NCBI GenBank assembly: GCA_013265495.1
Contig: MU058584.1
Span: 434,001-498,000, forward strand
DNA length: 64,000 bases
Direction of reading: 5' to 3'
Origin: Vicugna vicugna
Taxonomy: Eukaryota
The notes below the pieces were generated by a model, which was given only the letters and a program-made list of their open reading frames with translations, had not been told where the DNA came from and did not search any database. The position numbers and the translations under genes were made by a program. Within the stretch, counting starts at the first letter, position 1. Each line of letters begins with the position of its first letter. Shown here in pieces: positions 49,209 through 60,994 of the stretch.

Positions 49209-51484
49209 AATGATTTACTTTTGAATTGCTTTTATGTTTTCTGATTTAATTTTCAAAATAATTCCAGGAAGTAGAAAGACCACTGCCTTGCCATCCAACA
49301 CGTTGGAACGCAGATGCAGAGGGAAGGTGGTTTGTCTCAGTGAAGTGGAGCCAGAGCTCTGACAGGCTTCCTGGTACCTAGACTGGTGCTGCTCCCACCA
49401 CCTGGCAGCTTTGCATCTTGGCATCTTCCTGGCACATTTGCTTACCTCTCACCCTGGAGATGCTGACTGAAACCCATACTGTATCCACCCAGGTTAAACT
49501 CCCTTGTAGTCTCTCCTTTTTGATATGCCACAAATACTGCCAACTTACTACATACAGGACCATGTAACTTCCAGAATGGCCCACGTCTGGTTCCTGCAGC
49601 GCCACGTGACAGGTGGGTGTATCGAGGCACGCCTACTCGTCTGGCACCCGACTGGGATTCCTGCCTTCTGGACCTGTGGGCAGTGGCTGGGGAAGCATTC
49701 CCATCCAGTGCCTTTTAAACCATGCAGGGAAATATTTCAGGCGTACACATTCTGCCCAAGCCTGGGCAAGTTCAGTTGGACTCTAGAGTCGCCCTTTGCC
49801 ATTTAATTGGGGGGGTTGCATTTGCAGAAGTGCCGTAAGCCACCAGGATGAGGGCCCGACAGCAGAGTACTCTTTCCAGCTGGAGCCTGAGTTACACTGT
49901 CTCTGGCAAAGAAGGGTCTGGAAGCCTCCCTGTCTCCTCCCCTGACTCAGAAGAATAGAAACCACAAACATAAGGGTAATGATAAAGCTTTGCGTATGTT
50001 ATTGAGTGGCTTAGTGCTTACACTGGGACACTGGAAGATATAAATGACCACAAGGGAAGGATACAAGGCACATGGTCCTTTCTTCACGGTCCATTCATTT
50101 ATTCAACAAGTGTTTGCCGAGCACCTATTAAGTACTCAGTGGTATCTGAGGTATTGGAGATTTCGTTTGCAGCAATCATGGCCCTGCTCTTGCAGAGTTT
50201 ACAGTCTGCTGAAAGGATACAGACAAGTCAAGGGCTAAATACAGTGGAGAATGATAAATGCAATGGGTACACACTGGAGGCAGGGTGGGGCTTCTCAAGG
50301 GCTCTTGGCTGAAGGGGTGAGTGGAGGCTGGAATCCAGCCCATGCTCCCCTCCTCAGGACATGTGCTGCCTTGGAGAAGGGGAGCCTTCTTGTAATCTAC
50401 AGAAAGGACCAGCAGTGACTTTGATTGGAAAGACTCTTGACCTAGATTTGGGATGGAAGGGAAAGCTTCTTGGAAAGAAACATCTGAAATGAGACTTGAA
50501 AGATGACTAGGAATTAGCCAGCCAAGGGGAAGAGAGGAAAGGTGGGAAAGAGAAGAGCATTGCAAGCAACATCATAGTCGCCAACACTGAGATAGGGCTT
50601 AGCATGTGCCAGGTGCTGCTCTGAGTGCTTTAAGGTTAATCCTTTTGAGAGGAAGTTACATGTGAAAGGCACAGAAGTGCAATAAAAGACTGCATTTTGG
50701 GGAATCTAAAGGATGTTCATTATGGGTAGAGCACAGAGTTCAGAGGAGAGAGAGATGGTGAAGACTAGAGTGGTAATTATAGCAATTACACTTATTAAAT
50801 GCTAGGTGACCTGAGCACTCAGTGTGTAGTGACTCTTGTAATCCTCACAACAATTGTATGAGGTAGAGACTATGAAAATATTTGTTTTGCATCAGATGCA
50901 AATGAGACAGAATTTGAGTAACTTGACCAAGACTACACTGCAGAATGGGAAAGACAGGATTTGCACTCAGGCTCCAGGTTATTAATCCCCACTCTGCCTC
51001 TCTGGAAAGAACCCAAGATGGAGACAGGCCTCCAAAGATTGACTGGGCAGAGACGGGAAGGGAAGCCCATAGAGACAGGGTGACAGATGTCAGCCTCGAC
51101 AAGGGGGTTTGCACTGCAGCCTCGTGAACAATGAGAGACCAGCCACGTGGTGCCATTTCTAAGTCTTTTCCAGCAAGTCTGGGAAGATGAAGATCCTCCC
51201 TTGTAAATTATCTCATTTATTCCTAACCACAATCCTGTGAAAGCTGAATGTTGTATCCCCAGCACAGCAGTGAAAAACAAAACCAAAAACAAGTAGAAGG
51301 AAACAACTTTTCATCTTAAAAAAATAAAGATTCCTACTGTGGAAGCTCATTCATTCATTCATTCATTCAACATCTGTTTATTGAACATCTATTATTGCCA
51401 GCCATTCTGCTGTGTGTGAGAGAGACAGTCGTGAACAAGGCACACTTCCTGACCTCAGGTAGATGGGGATTTAAACCAGGTTAG

Positions 51485-52025
51485 TGTGGGGGTTTTAAAA
51501 CATGCCTGCAGATTCTTTGACACAGATGCCATTGAGAGATGAGATCTAGGACTACTCCTCTGGTATCTGGGCTGACCTCAGGGACTCACTTATAACCCAT
51601 AGAATGCAGCGGAAATGTGTGACTTCTGAGTTTGTGGGACTTCTGGGTCCAGGTCCAGAAAAACGCCAGACAACTATCCCTCACTCTGATGGAAGCTAGC
51701 TGCCAAGTAAGAAGTCCAACTAGCCTGATACAGCTGTAGCAGAGAGGCCACGTGTGGGCACCCCGGTTGACAGCTCCGGCTGGGCTCCCAGTGGAGAGCC
51801 AGCATCAGCTGCCAGCTTTGTGAGTGAGCTATCTTGGACACTCAGCCGCCTTGGACCTTCAGATGACTGCAGCTCTAGCCAGCTTCTTACTGTAACTGCA
51901 TGAGAACCCCAAGTAAGAACTGCCCAGCCTCTGTCACATTTCTGACCCATGAAGGTGTGAGCAGGATAAAAAGGTGGTCATGTTATGGATGTGATTTGTT
52001 ATATAGAACTAGCCACTGGGATAGT
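51485..52025 (+). mobile_element. MLT1-type MaLR solo LTR (older subfamily)
   Basis: tgtgg start, atagaatgcagcggaa, gagaggccacgtg, ccttcagatgactgcagc, agaactgcccagcc, gatttgttatatag. Confidence 0.8.
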
Positions 52026-52286
52026 CAGCCTCCAAGAACTGAGGGCAGTGGCACCTCAGGGCATCCAGTGGAGATGGGGCTTAAATCCTGAGAGGAGAAA
52101 TTGCTTAAATACTCTGGTTCAGCACTGAACATAACAGTCCCAGGTTTCTCTCAGCTTTTATTGCTAACTGGCCTTGATGAAGGAAGGGACAGGCAAAAGT
52201 AGAAGAGAAAAAGTGAAGTGAGCAATTTAATAAAGAAATCTAGATTTTGCATGCTGCTTTGTGTTTGAACTGACATCCCTGCTCCA

Positions 52287-52345
52287 TACACACATACACA
52301 CACACACACACAAACACACACAAACACACACCCACCCACCACACA
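52287..52345 (+). repeat. Imperfect (CA)n microsatellite
   Basis: Direct reading. Confidence 0.9.
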
Positions 52346-54129
52346 GCAGGCAGTGCTGGAGCCTGATTGACTAGAAGTTACGGCCGTCACTAATGGAGCC
52401 GACTGTTCTCAGCCTTCAAGCTGGTGATGAATAGTGGTCTCTGCTTTAGTCCTGGCATCCTGATTAGTTCAGCTGTTTGCAGAAGTCTCTGCAGTGGCTT
52501 TGCTTCAGGCGTGTCTGCTGCGTGGTTATGGTGGCAGACCGGGGACTGAGGTGAGGTTAGTCCCCAGTGCCCAGTCTCCGGGCTGCAGCTGGAAGAGAGA
52601 AGCATGCTCCTCAGGGTTCCCTCAAGCTCTGGGGTAGTTGCAAGCAAACAGAGGAGGTGATGAGGGACAACGGGTGTGGGCTATTGCCTGGGAACGTTTC
52701 CTATCAGAGACCAAGGGATTCACTTTCTACATTGTGTCTCACCATTGCTTCCTTGTTTTGCTGTGGGTATGAATAAAGGAAGCCTTCCTTTCTTTTCACA
52801 GAACAACAGAGAGGAGAGATGACAGTGGTTAACAGTGCATCCCAGTTACTGTCATCCTGTTGGAAATGGAGACAGCAAGGAGTGCAGAGTCTCCTTTCAG
52901 TTGCTGGAAGAGCAAAATCTCTTCCTTAGCCGGGGTTGACCTTGCTCCTCCACTTAATGTGTCATTTATGGTGGAAATCATCATGCTTTCACCAGAAATG
53001 TCTATGGGCAGCTCTTGGGATTACTTTTGAAAGGCAGGGTGTTCCTGGTAAATCTTCTTCCTTAATTAATGTTTGTAATTTTTTAATCAGTTAGAAATGA
53101 AAGAACTTTACCCCTGGGCTGTCCAGAATGTTAGCTGTCTATTTTTGCAGGGACCCTTAGGAGCAATTTTCAACCTCATTTAACCTGCAAAACAGCTGTT
53201 GTAAGAATTGGTGAGGATCTTAGTACCCTCCAAAGGGGGCATGAGTGGCAGAAACTTGATTAGGATTCAGGACTTGTGTTACCTGGGCCAGCAGGGAGCC
53301 TGCTGTTTCACTGAGGTGAGTCCCAGGGTGCCCTTAGGAGGTGACTTTCCTCCTATCAGAGCTCTGTCAGGATCTTCAAAGACACTGTATCACTGGCACC
53401 ATCTCACTTCTGAGTTGGAAACTGTATCTGCTAGGCAAATTTGCTCTGGAAGGGTTTTCACATGCTCTGCTCTGCAAGTCACATTTGCACTTGAGTTCAT
53501 CTTTAGATCATTGAAGTTGAGTGACTTGGGGTGAAGCAAAGCCACTGTAGAGACTTTTGCAAACAGTTGAACTAATCAAGATGTCAGAACTAAAGCAGAC
53601 ATAGACACTTCACCAAAGAAGATGTATGGAAGGGAAGATAGAAGGATCCAGCTCAGTGGGGCAGGTTCTATTTTGGGAACATCTGAACCCTGCTGGCAGG
53701 TGCCAGGATCTCATCTTGTCTTCCCCTCTTTGACTGGGGTCCCTGTTGAGGTCAGCAGTTGATCGCCATCCTTTTGCATGAGGAACATTCTCAGGAATTA
53801 TTCCCTTGAACAAACATTTGCTACCATCTTGTTAAACTCCTTAAGGATGGAAAACCTAAGGATATTTTCATGACTGCTCCAAGTCGTGTGTGGTTTTTGA
53901 ATAAACAGTCACAGGATTGTATTTCTTTGCAACTGGAGAACTTAGAGACAATTTAGGTTACATTCTACAGATGAGGAATTTGCGACTTTGAGAGTTTAGG
54001 TGCTTTGCTTGAACACTAACAAGTAGTTAGAGACAGAGCTAGGAGAAGAACCCAGATTTCCTGGCTCTTAAATCAGTATTTCTATTGCACTGTATTACTT
54101 TATCTAAAAATAGTAACTGAAAATAGATT

Positions 54130-54246
54130 TAAAGCAGGATTTCCACAAAATTCTCTTTTGTGGGGGGCTGATCTGAAACAGAAATGTTTCTGGACGTTGC
54201 CAGATGTTCTGTAGGAGGCAAAATTGTCCCCTGTTGAGAACTACTG
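54130..54246 (-). mobile_element. MER20-like fragment
   Basis: aaatgtttctggacgttgccagatg...ggcaaaattgtcccctgttgagaactactg. Confidence 0.6.
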
Positions 54247-54544
54247 ATTTAAGATAGGGTATCTTCAAAAAAGAAACATATTTATTTTAACTCCTTGCAG
54301 GACTGTGTGAGTATAAAATGGCCCTGAGTAGCAGTCACTGTTATGGGAGGACATCCAGCTTCCTGATCAACTGTGATCAGACAGAGTCATGGGGGCTCAG
54401 CAACCATATTGCCTGTTTGTTTATTTAGATATTTAGATCATACTGCTACCGCAGCTGGGGAGGAGAGACTGATGGGGTGAGGGAGAGGTTTGAAGAAATC
54501 AGTAAGACATTTTGTCTGTAAGGGAAGCAATTGCTAACGACAGT

Positions 54545-55055
54545 CTTGTCTGAAGGACTTGGATCCAGAATATATAAAGAACCCTCAAAATATGATAATA
54601 AGAAAACATACAATCCAATTTGAAAAGTGGGCAAAAGATTTGAACAGACAGTTCACCAAAGAAGATATATGGATGGCAAATAAGCACATGAGAAGATATT
54701 CAATATCATTAGTCATTAGGAAAAATGCAAGTTAAGGTCACAATGAGATACCACTATATAACTGTAAGAATGACTAAAATTGAAAAGACTGACCATATCA
54801 AGTGTTGATAAGGATATTGGGGAACTGGAACTCTGGACATACTTCTGGTGGGAATGTAAAATGGAACAGTCACTTTGGAAGACAGGTTGGCAGTTTTTTA
54901 AAATGTTAAACATATGTAGTCCAACCATTCCATTTCTAGATGTTTATCCAAGAGAAGTGGAAGCATGTGTCCATGCACAGACTTGTGCATGAATGTTCAT
55001 GGTAGCTTTAAATGTAATAACCCAAACTGGAAACAAACCAGATGTCCATCAGCAA
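54545..55055 (+). mobile_element. L1 ORF2 C-terminal fragment
   Basis: gggcaaaagatttgaacagaca, catcattagtcattagg-like block; ORF 54780-54992 reads WWECKMEQSLWKTGWQFFK, matching the L1 ORF2 cysteine-rich tail (WWECKLVQPLWK). Confidence 0.9.
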
Positions 55056-56353
55056 TTTCTTTTTAGATGAGAGCATCTGTTTAGGCCAAAATACTGGCTT
55101 GCTTTTGGGGTATGTCAGAATATCATTAGAATTAGTGACTCTTCTATTCTTTTTGGCAAGGGGATTGGTAATCCTTTTCTATAAGTCTCAGGTGGGCTAT
55201 TTTAATGATAGGTGATGATGGATTCCTTAAATTGCAAGGTTGAAAAGATTACACCGAACTCCAGCCACTAGCTCCATTCAAGTGTCTTCTTTATACCAAC
55301 ATTAAAACATTTGTGAGGTAAAGATGTCATTAGTCACTATGGCCTTCCTTAAAGATGGCAGTTCAAATGCTCTTATGGCTAAAATTCTCCCCCAGAGAGT
55401 CAAGAATGGGAGCCAGGAAAAGAAATTGTTTCAAGGGAAGGTGGAGTGATCAACTTCCCCAGAAGTAGCCAAAATTTCTGTGATGTGTGTTGGTGAGTTG
55501 AGACTTGGATTAGAATCCATTTGTTTTGGGCTCCCAATAGGTGCTGGACATTGAAATCCATGCAGGAAATACAACACAGTCTAGTCCTGTCTTTCAAGTA
55601 AGTACACTACAAATAAATGCAAAAGGACAGTCCAGAATGTTCATGTGTGGTGGAGCTTGTCACTGGATGCTGCTAGCAGAGCACGCGAGCTAGATCCTTA
55701 ATAAAGAGTAAGGCAAGAGCTGGTCAGGAAACGCTTCAGTGTTCTTCCCAGATGTTTTAGCTTGGCACTGTGTGTTATGGCACGGGCACCTGAGATTACT
55801 AGGGAAAGATAAAATTCTTGTTGTCAAAGAGATTTTAATCTAGTTGAAGAGATGGAATTAGTTTGCACAGGAATAAGATGGTAGTTGATGGTGGTTTAAT
55901 GTGATAGAAATAATACTACAATATTCTAGCCTGAAATCTGTGCCTACTTGGCTCTTGACCCTGGGCAAGTCCTTTATTAGATCTCTTGGTCTCGGTCTTT
56001 TCAAATGCGAAACAAGAAGCCTGGATAGCAGTATGTGTCATGCCAGATTGATTCTAGCTCTCCCTTTCTGTGCTGTGAGGGTGTCAAAGGAGATCTGGGC
56101 AGAATGGGCACGCCGAGTGTGTCCTCATTGGAGAGATCTGCCTCAGTGAAGCACAAAAGCTGTTGATAAGAAATGCTATATCCATTTTTAGGTTGGGCAA
56201 ATTGTGGGATGCAGGAATATTTAAAGCTCTGAAAGTTGCTATGTGGGAATCACACTTAAAGCTAAAGTGTAAGTCTTATTTGCTGGGACCAAGGGCCACT
56301 GTCCTTCAATACCCCTTTTTGATTGTGTGATCTTGGCTTGGGGCTGGGTTCTT

Positions 56354-56518
56354 GATTTTTTTTATAGAATATGCTTTTTAAGCTTGTGTTTTATTTACTT
56401 TTTTGGTGGGGGGGTAGGTAATTAGGTATTTACTTACTTGTAATGGATGCACAGGGGATTGAACTCATGACCTCATGCATGCTAAGCATACACTCTACCA
56501 CTGAGCTATACCGTCCCC
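56354..56518 (-). mobile_element. tRNA-Ala(AGC)-derived SINE, Vic-1-like, second copy
   Basis: Reverse complement ggggacggtatagctcagtggtagagtgtatgcttagcatgcatgaggtcatgagttcaatcccc; C-rich block and A tail; flanking repeat ctgggttctt at 56344-56353 and 56527-56536. Confidence 0.9.
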
Positions 56519-56727
56519 TACAAGGACTGGGTTCTTTATAATTATCAAGAGGGACCTAAACCGAAGAGCTGCGACATCTAGCATGTTTTGTATTGTCCCA
56601 GTTCCTTTCTTCCTGGCAGGTAGGATTAGCTGGTGCCCCCAATCCCATGATAGGAAAGGCGTTTGCTTTCCTTGCCTCTTTCTTTCTTAATTCCTCCTGT
56701 CTGTTACCTCAAGAGAGAGACTCCTTT

Positions 56728-56794
56728 ACTGAACTATTAGGCTGTGCACCAGAAATTGACACAACATTGTAAACTGACTATACTTCAATTATAA
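56728..56794 (+). mobile_element. Very short L1 3' tail
   Basis: actgaactattaggctgtgcaccagaaattgacacaacattgtaaactgactatacttcaatt, same family as 49090-49188. Confidence 0.8.
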
Positions 56795-58367
56795 AACAGA
56801 GATGCTCCTGATGTGAGAGTATTATCCCAACAATGCACAGCAGTGTTATTTGAAAGAAAACCGTAAATAAGGAACTTGTGCAGAATTAGAGGAACTGAAG
56901 TACATTTTCTTTGCTCCATCTGGTAATGTCTGAATGCCCCCTTTGTCTGGCTTCTGGAGCGCCCAGGCCTGAGTCACCTTTCCTGGAGCAGATAGGGCGG
57001 ACTGCAGGTCCTGCCTGGCAGCTTTGCGAGACTTACTTTGTAAGAGGAATTTCAGACTTTCTGTTGTCTTTATAAAGGGTGTGAAAGATGTGAAAACTTT
57101 CTAGATTGGGGTAGCAGCAATATGTATTTTGTCCTCTTGTTTCTATTTCCAAACTCCAGATCTTTGCTCGCCCCCATTCTCTACCCTAATTTGATGTTGC
57201 CAGGTTTGTCAATGTACCTGCCGGACATTGTTTCCCCCCAAACAGTTTCCGCTTTCTATCCCTCCTACTCCAGAGAGCTTCTTCTATAACTTCATCTCAT
57301 TCCCAATTGAAATTTGACTTTCTGAGACTACTTTGGGAAAAAGGTAGGTCTAACTGTCAGACTTGATGCTTGCATATGGTCTGAGGGCCTAGAAAAGAAA
57401 ATAAACAGAGAGCTGTGGTGATGTAGTCCATCTTATCACTCATAATTTTAATATCATAGTAATTGGTTGGGTACCAACTGTTTTTCAAACATAAAGTTGG
57501 ATAACAAAAGGATTTTATAGCAAGTCCTGCCTGGAGTAACTGAAGTTACAACGCTAATATGGGTATGGCGTGTTAGGCAGGCAACGTCATGGTGCTTGGC
57601 ACAGGATGGCATAGTCCTTTCATAAGGTTTTATACCACATGAAGTAGACTGGCAGTTACTGTTCCCATGGCATAAAAGAGGTAATTGAGACTCAAGCACT
57701 TAAGTGCCCAAGGTCATGTATATAATAAGTGATGAGACTGACCTTCAAATTCTGATCTTCAGACTTGATGCCAAGCTCAATATGTCTTCTATTACCCACA
57801 GACATTTCTATGTGCTTTTATTTATGGAATTTTTCTGTTTTTCCCATAAGCTGCTCTCATTAGATTAAGAAAAATGAACACTTCATTGGTAGTAGATGTT
57901 ATGAGATATTAGCAAAAGTCAGAGGAACTTCTAATGTCCTCCTCTTTTACCTGAAAAAAAACATTTTCAGCAGAAAAGAAGGGAGGGGACAGCATACATT
58001 AGTTTCCTTATGGTCCTATACAGCTTCAAGGGTTATGGCCTGACCATTGCCGATGACCCTTACACTCGAGTGTTTCCTCTAGACATCCTAGGTGACGGAG
58101 CCCAACAAATGGGTAGAGGTCATTCTTATGTGGCACTTTACTAACCTCAACTCTACCAGCACAAATAACAATGAACTGTGAACACTCATGTCCCTAATCC
58201 ACCTCCTTTAGAGACTGGAGGTTTTGTTATATACACCATAGAAGTCTTTAGGGGACCCACCTCAATATGTTTCTTTCATGCTGACTGAAATCCAACTCTT
58301 CTTGTCTCCTTCTCCATCAACCCCCTACCCCCTCCTCCTTTCTGTCAAGGGGTGATGGACAATGAAT

Positions 58368-58721
58368 GGTAGCAACAGTTTCTATGGTAACAGCATCTGA
58401 GTCATCTCCTTGGAAACCTGCATAAAGGCCTTGCATCTTCAGACCAGCTCAGTGCAACTTGGAAGGCCTTTGTTCCCTTGAATGTAACAGCATGGGGGAG
58501 CAAGCTCTCCCGGGCCTTGGCCACTGCAGTTTCCTTCGGCCCCTGATGCCCGTGGCACTTTGGGTATAGAGTTGGATTCAGACAGAGGTGGGGGCTGGTG
58601 GGACCTGGAGTGCTTTTCTCAGCCTAACCCATGGCCAGAATGCATTGTCTATGGCCCAGCACCACATACCCAGCAGATTGCGCCAATAGGCCTCTCGCTT
58701 TTTAAAAGGCCAGATGACTCA
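58368..58721. promoter_or_regulatory. Candidate enhancer/promoter motif cluster (RFX X-box, two AP-1 sites, CCAAT)
   Basis: gtttctatggtaac 58378-58391, tgagtca 58398-58404, ccaat 58683-58687, tgactca 58715-58721, in apparently unique DNA. Confidence 0.4.
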
Positions 58722-60801
58722 ACTAAGGCTCCCACAGTGACCAGCAATGGATCGGAATAAAGCAATACTGGCAATGCTGTGTCTGAACCCAGATGAGCTG
58801 GATATCTTGGCATGGTCATGAAGAGAATACTGAAACAGGGCTCCGTGGGATAGCTTGTAAGAGTCCCTTTCCTTGTGGTGTCCTTCAAATGCAGCAGTTT
58901 TGTTACTTAAATGAAAGCAGAATGATTTCCAGCAGCTAAGAGGATTAATTCTCATGTCATCATCCACACCAAGTAACAATCACAAGTGGTCCCATTGTGC
59001 TTCGTATTTTATAGATCATTTTTACATTCAGGAGCTCAATTAAACATTTATTCAGTTGTTCAACACATATTAATTTGAAACCTACTATGCGCCACATATT
59101 GTGTTGGGGTTTGGGGCATAGTAGTGAGAAAAAAGAATGGACATGTTCCCTGTCTTAATGAAGCTGAGAGAAAAGAGAATCAAGGGCTAATCAGACAGTT
59201 ACACAGGAGTGGGGACTTTCAACCCAGATCTGCTAAAGGAGACGGTCCATGGTGTGGTTAGTGTGCATGGTCGGGGGACTTGACTCATTGGAAATCTCTT
59301 CCCTGAAAAAGCGATGGTTGTACTGACACCTGATCAACAGGGGCTTTTGCATAGAGAAAGTGAAGACCTGGTGAAGAAACTTCCCCATGGTAACACCAAC
59401 TGCTAAATGACAGTCCTGGGGTGTGAACCCAGGTCTTGTGCAATCAGATTCCGTACTCAGTCTGCCCCCTCCTGCTGACTCTGGGAGTACAGCCTAGGGT
59501 CAGCCTTAGGCCAGATAGCCAAGAGGGTCTGTCCCATTTCTCCTTTCTGTGCTAATGTTCCCCCTCAGGGAGGTTCTGCCCAGCTTCCAGGACTTGCCCT
59601 GTGCCCATTCGCCCAGAGGCAAATTCTGGGAATTTTCTTTTTACATGAACATTCTCCTTCAGGGTGTTAACTGATGAAGGACACCTTCCTAGGACTGTTG
59701 ACCTTTAAATGCAGGACTCTGAAAGGCTAAAAGTTTTGAAGTCCTCCCCAACCCAGCATATGTTTCCCCCCACCAACTTCTGAAAGGACAGGGATAGGTT
59801 GAAAAAGACTGTCTGGTAGTGGAGTAGAGGACTTCAGTTAGAGTTTTTGCCAACATTTTGGAGCAAAGCAGCAGCCTGGACCAGGCAGCTCCATTTTTTT
59901 CATTTATACTGTGGGCCCTTCTGAGTTCCCTCCCCATTTTGAAAGGACAAGGACAGGCATGCTGTCTCCTCCTTGGAGGAGCAGGCAGCCCTCCACAGCC
60001 CTTGGGAAGGAGGGAATGCGGTCTGGCAGGTTTGAGGTGGGTGAGGTGACACTTCCCCTGTGGGCCAGGCGTTGCTTTGGGCACAGCCCTGACGATGCCC
60101 AGAGAGGGCAGACCTGCCCCCACCCAGGAACACCCTTCTACCTGTCCCTGGGGTTCTTCCTCTGCTTGTCTCTCTATGGAGACATTATCAGCCAGAGACC
60201 TTCTTCTTGAACTTTCATAACCCAGAGCTGATCTTTCTTCTGCTTTCCTGCCTCAGCTTCCTAAACGCCTTGGAGCCCTGCTTGCTCCCTTCGTCTCAGG
60301 ATCACTTACTGCTCTAGGCAAACCCTGCGATAGTCCCAGTGGGGCTGCCCTGCTGCCAGGGAACGTGCCTTTGACTATCACCTATAGTGATATGACTCTT
60401 TCCTGGACAATTTTTTATTTTTTGGTGGTAGTGTCTCAGTACCTACAAAAATAACCTGTTTATAAGTTCATTAGCATTAGCTCAGCTAATGCACATGGCT
60501 GAGGAGCTGAGGGAATACGGGTATCTGAGTAAAGCAACATGGTGCCATGTCGTCTTTGGTCTACAGTTGGTCAGCAATTCAGCTGTCCTACTAAACCCTC
60601 TCAGCTCATGTTCTGCTGTGTCTGTAACATCTTCCCTGGGTTCCTCAAATTCCCTGTGCTCCATGTCATTCACTTGGCAACTTTACTTACTACCTTGTTC
60701 TTATGAGTTAGCGTTTCTCATGTCCTTGTCTTGTTCCTCCAGACAGAACATGGTTCTGTATTCAGGGATTATATTTGCTCATGTCTTGATATCCCCTATA
60801 G

Positions 60802-60994
60802 CTGTGCTATTCAATTCAATAACCACCGGACACGTGGGAATTTAAGTTTAAAATAAAGTAAAATAAAAAATTCAGTCCCTCAGTTGCACAGACCACATTT
60901 CAAGTGCTTAGTAGTCACATGTGGCCAGTAGCTAGTGTACTGGACAGCACAGATACAGAACATTCCCATTATTCTAGGAAGTTCTACTGGACTG
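60802..60994. mobile_element. MER3-like hAT-Charlie element inside an L2 remnant
   Basis: aaaattcagtccctcagttgcac...ccacatttcaagtgct...cacatgtggccagtagct...gaagttctactggac. Confidence 0.8.

Noticed and set aside
54446..54992. ORF cluster here and at 21237-21749
   Set aside because: Frameshifted L1 ORF2 remnants and their antisense frames, not host genes.
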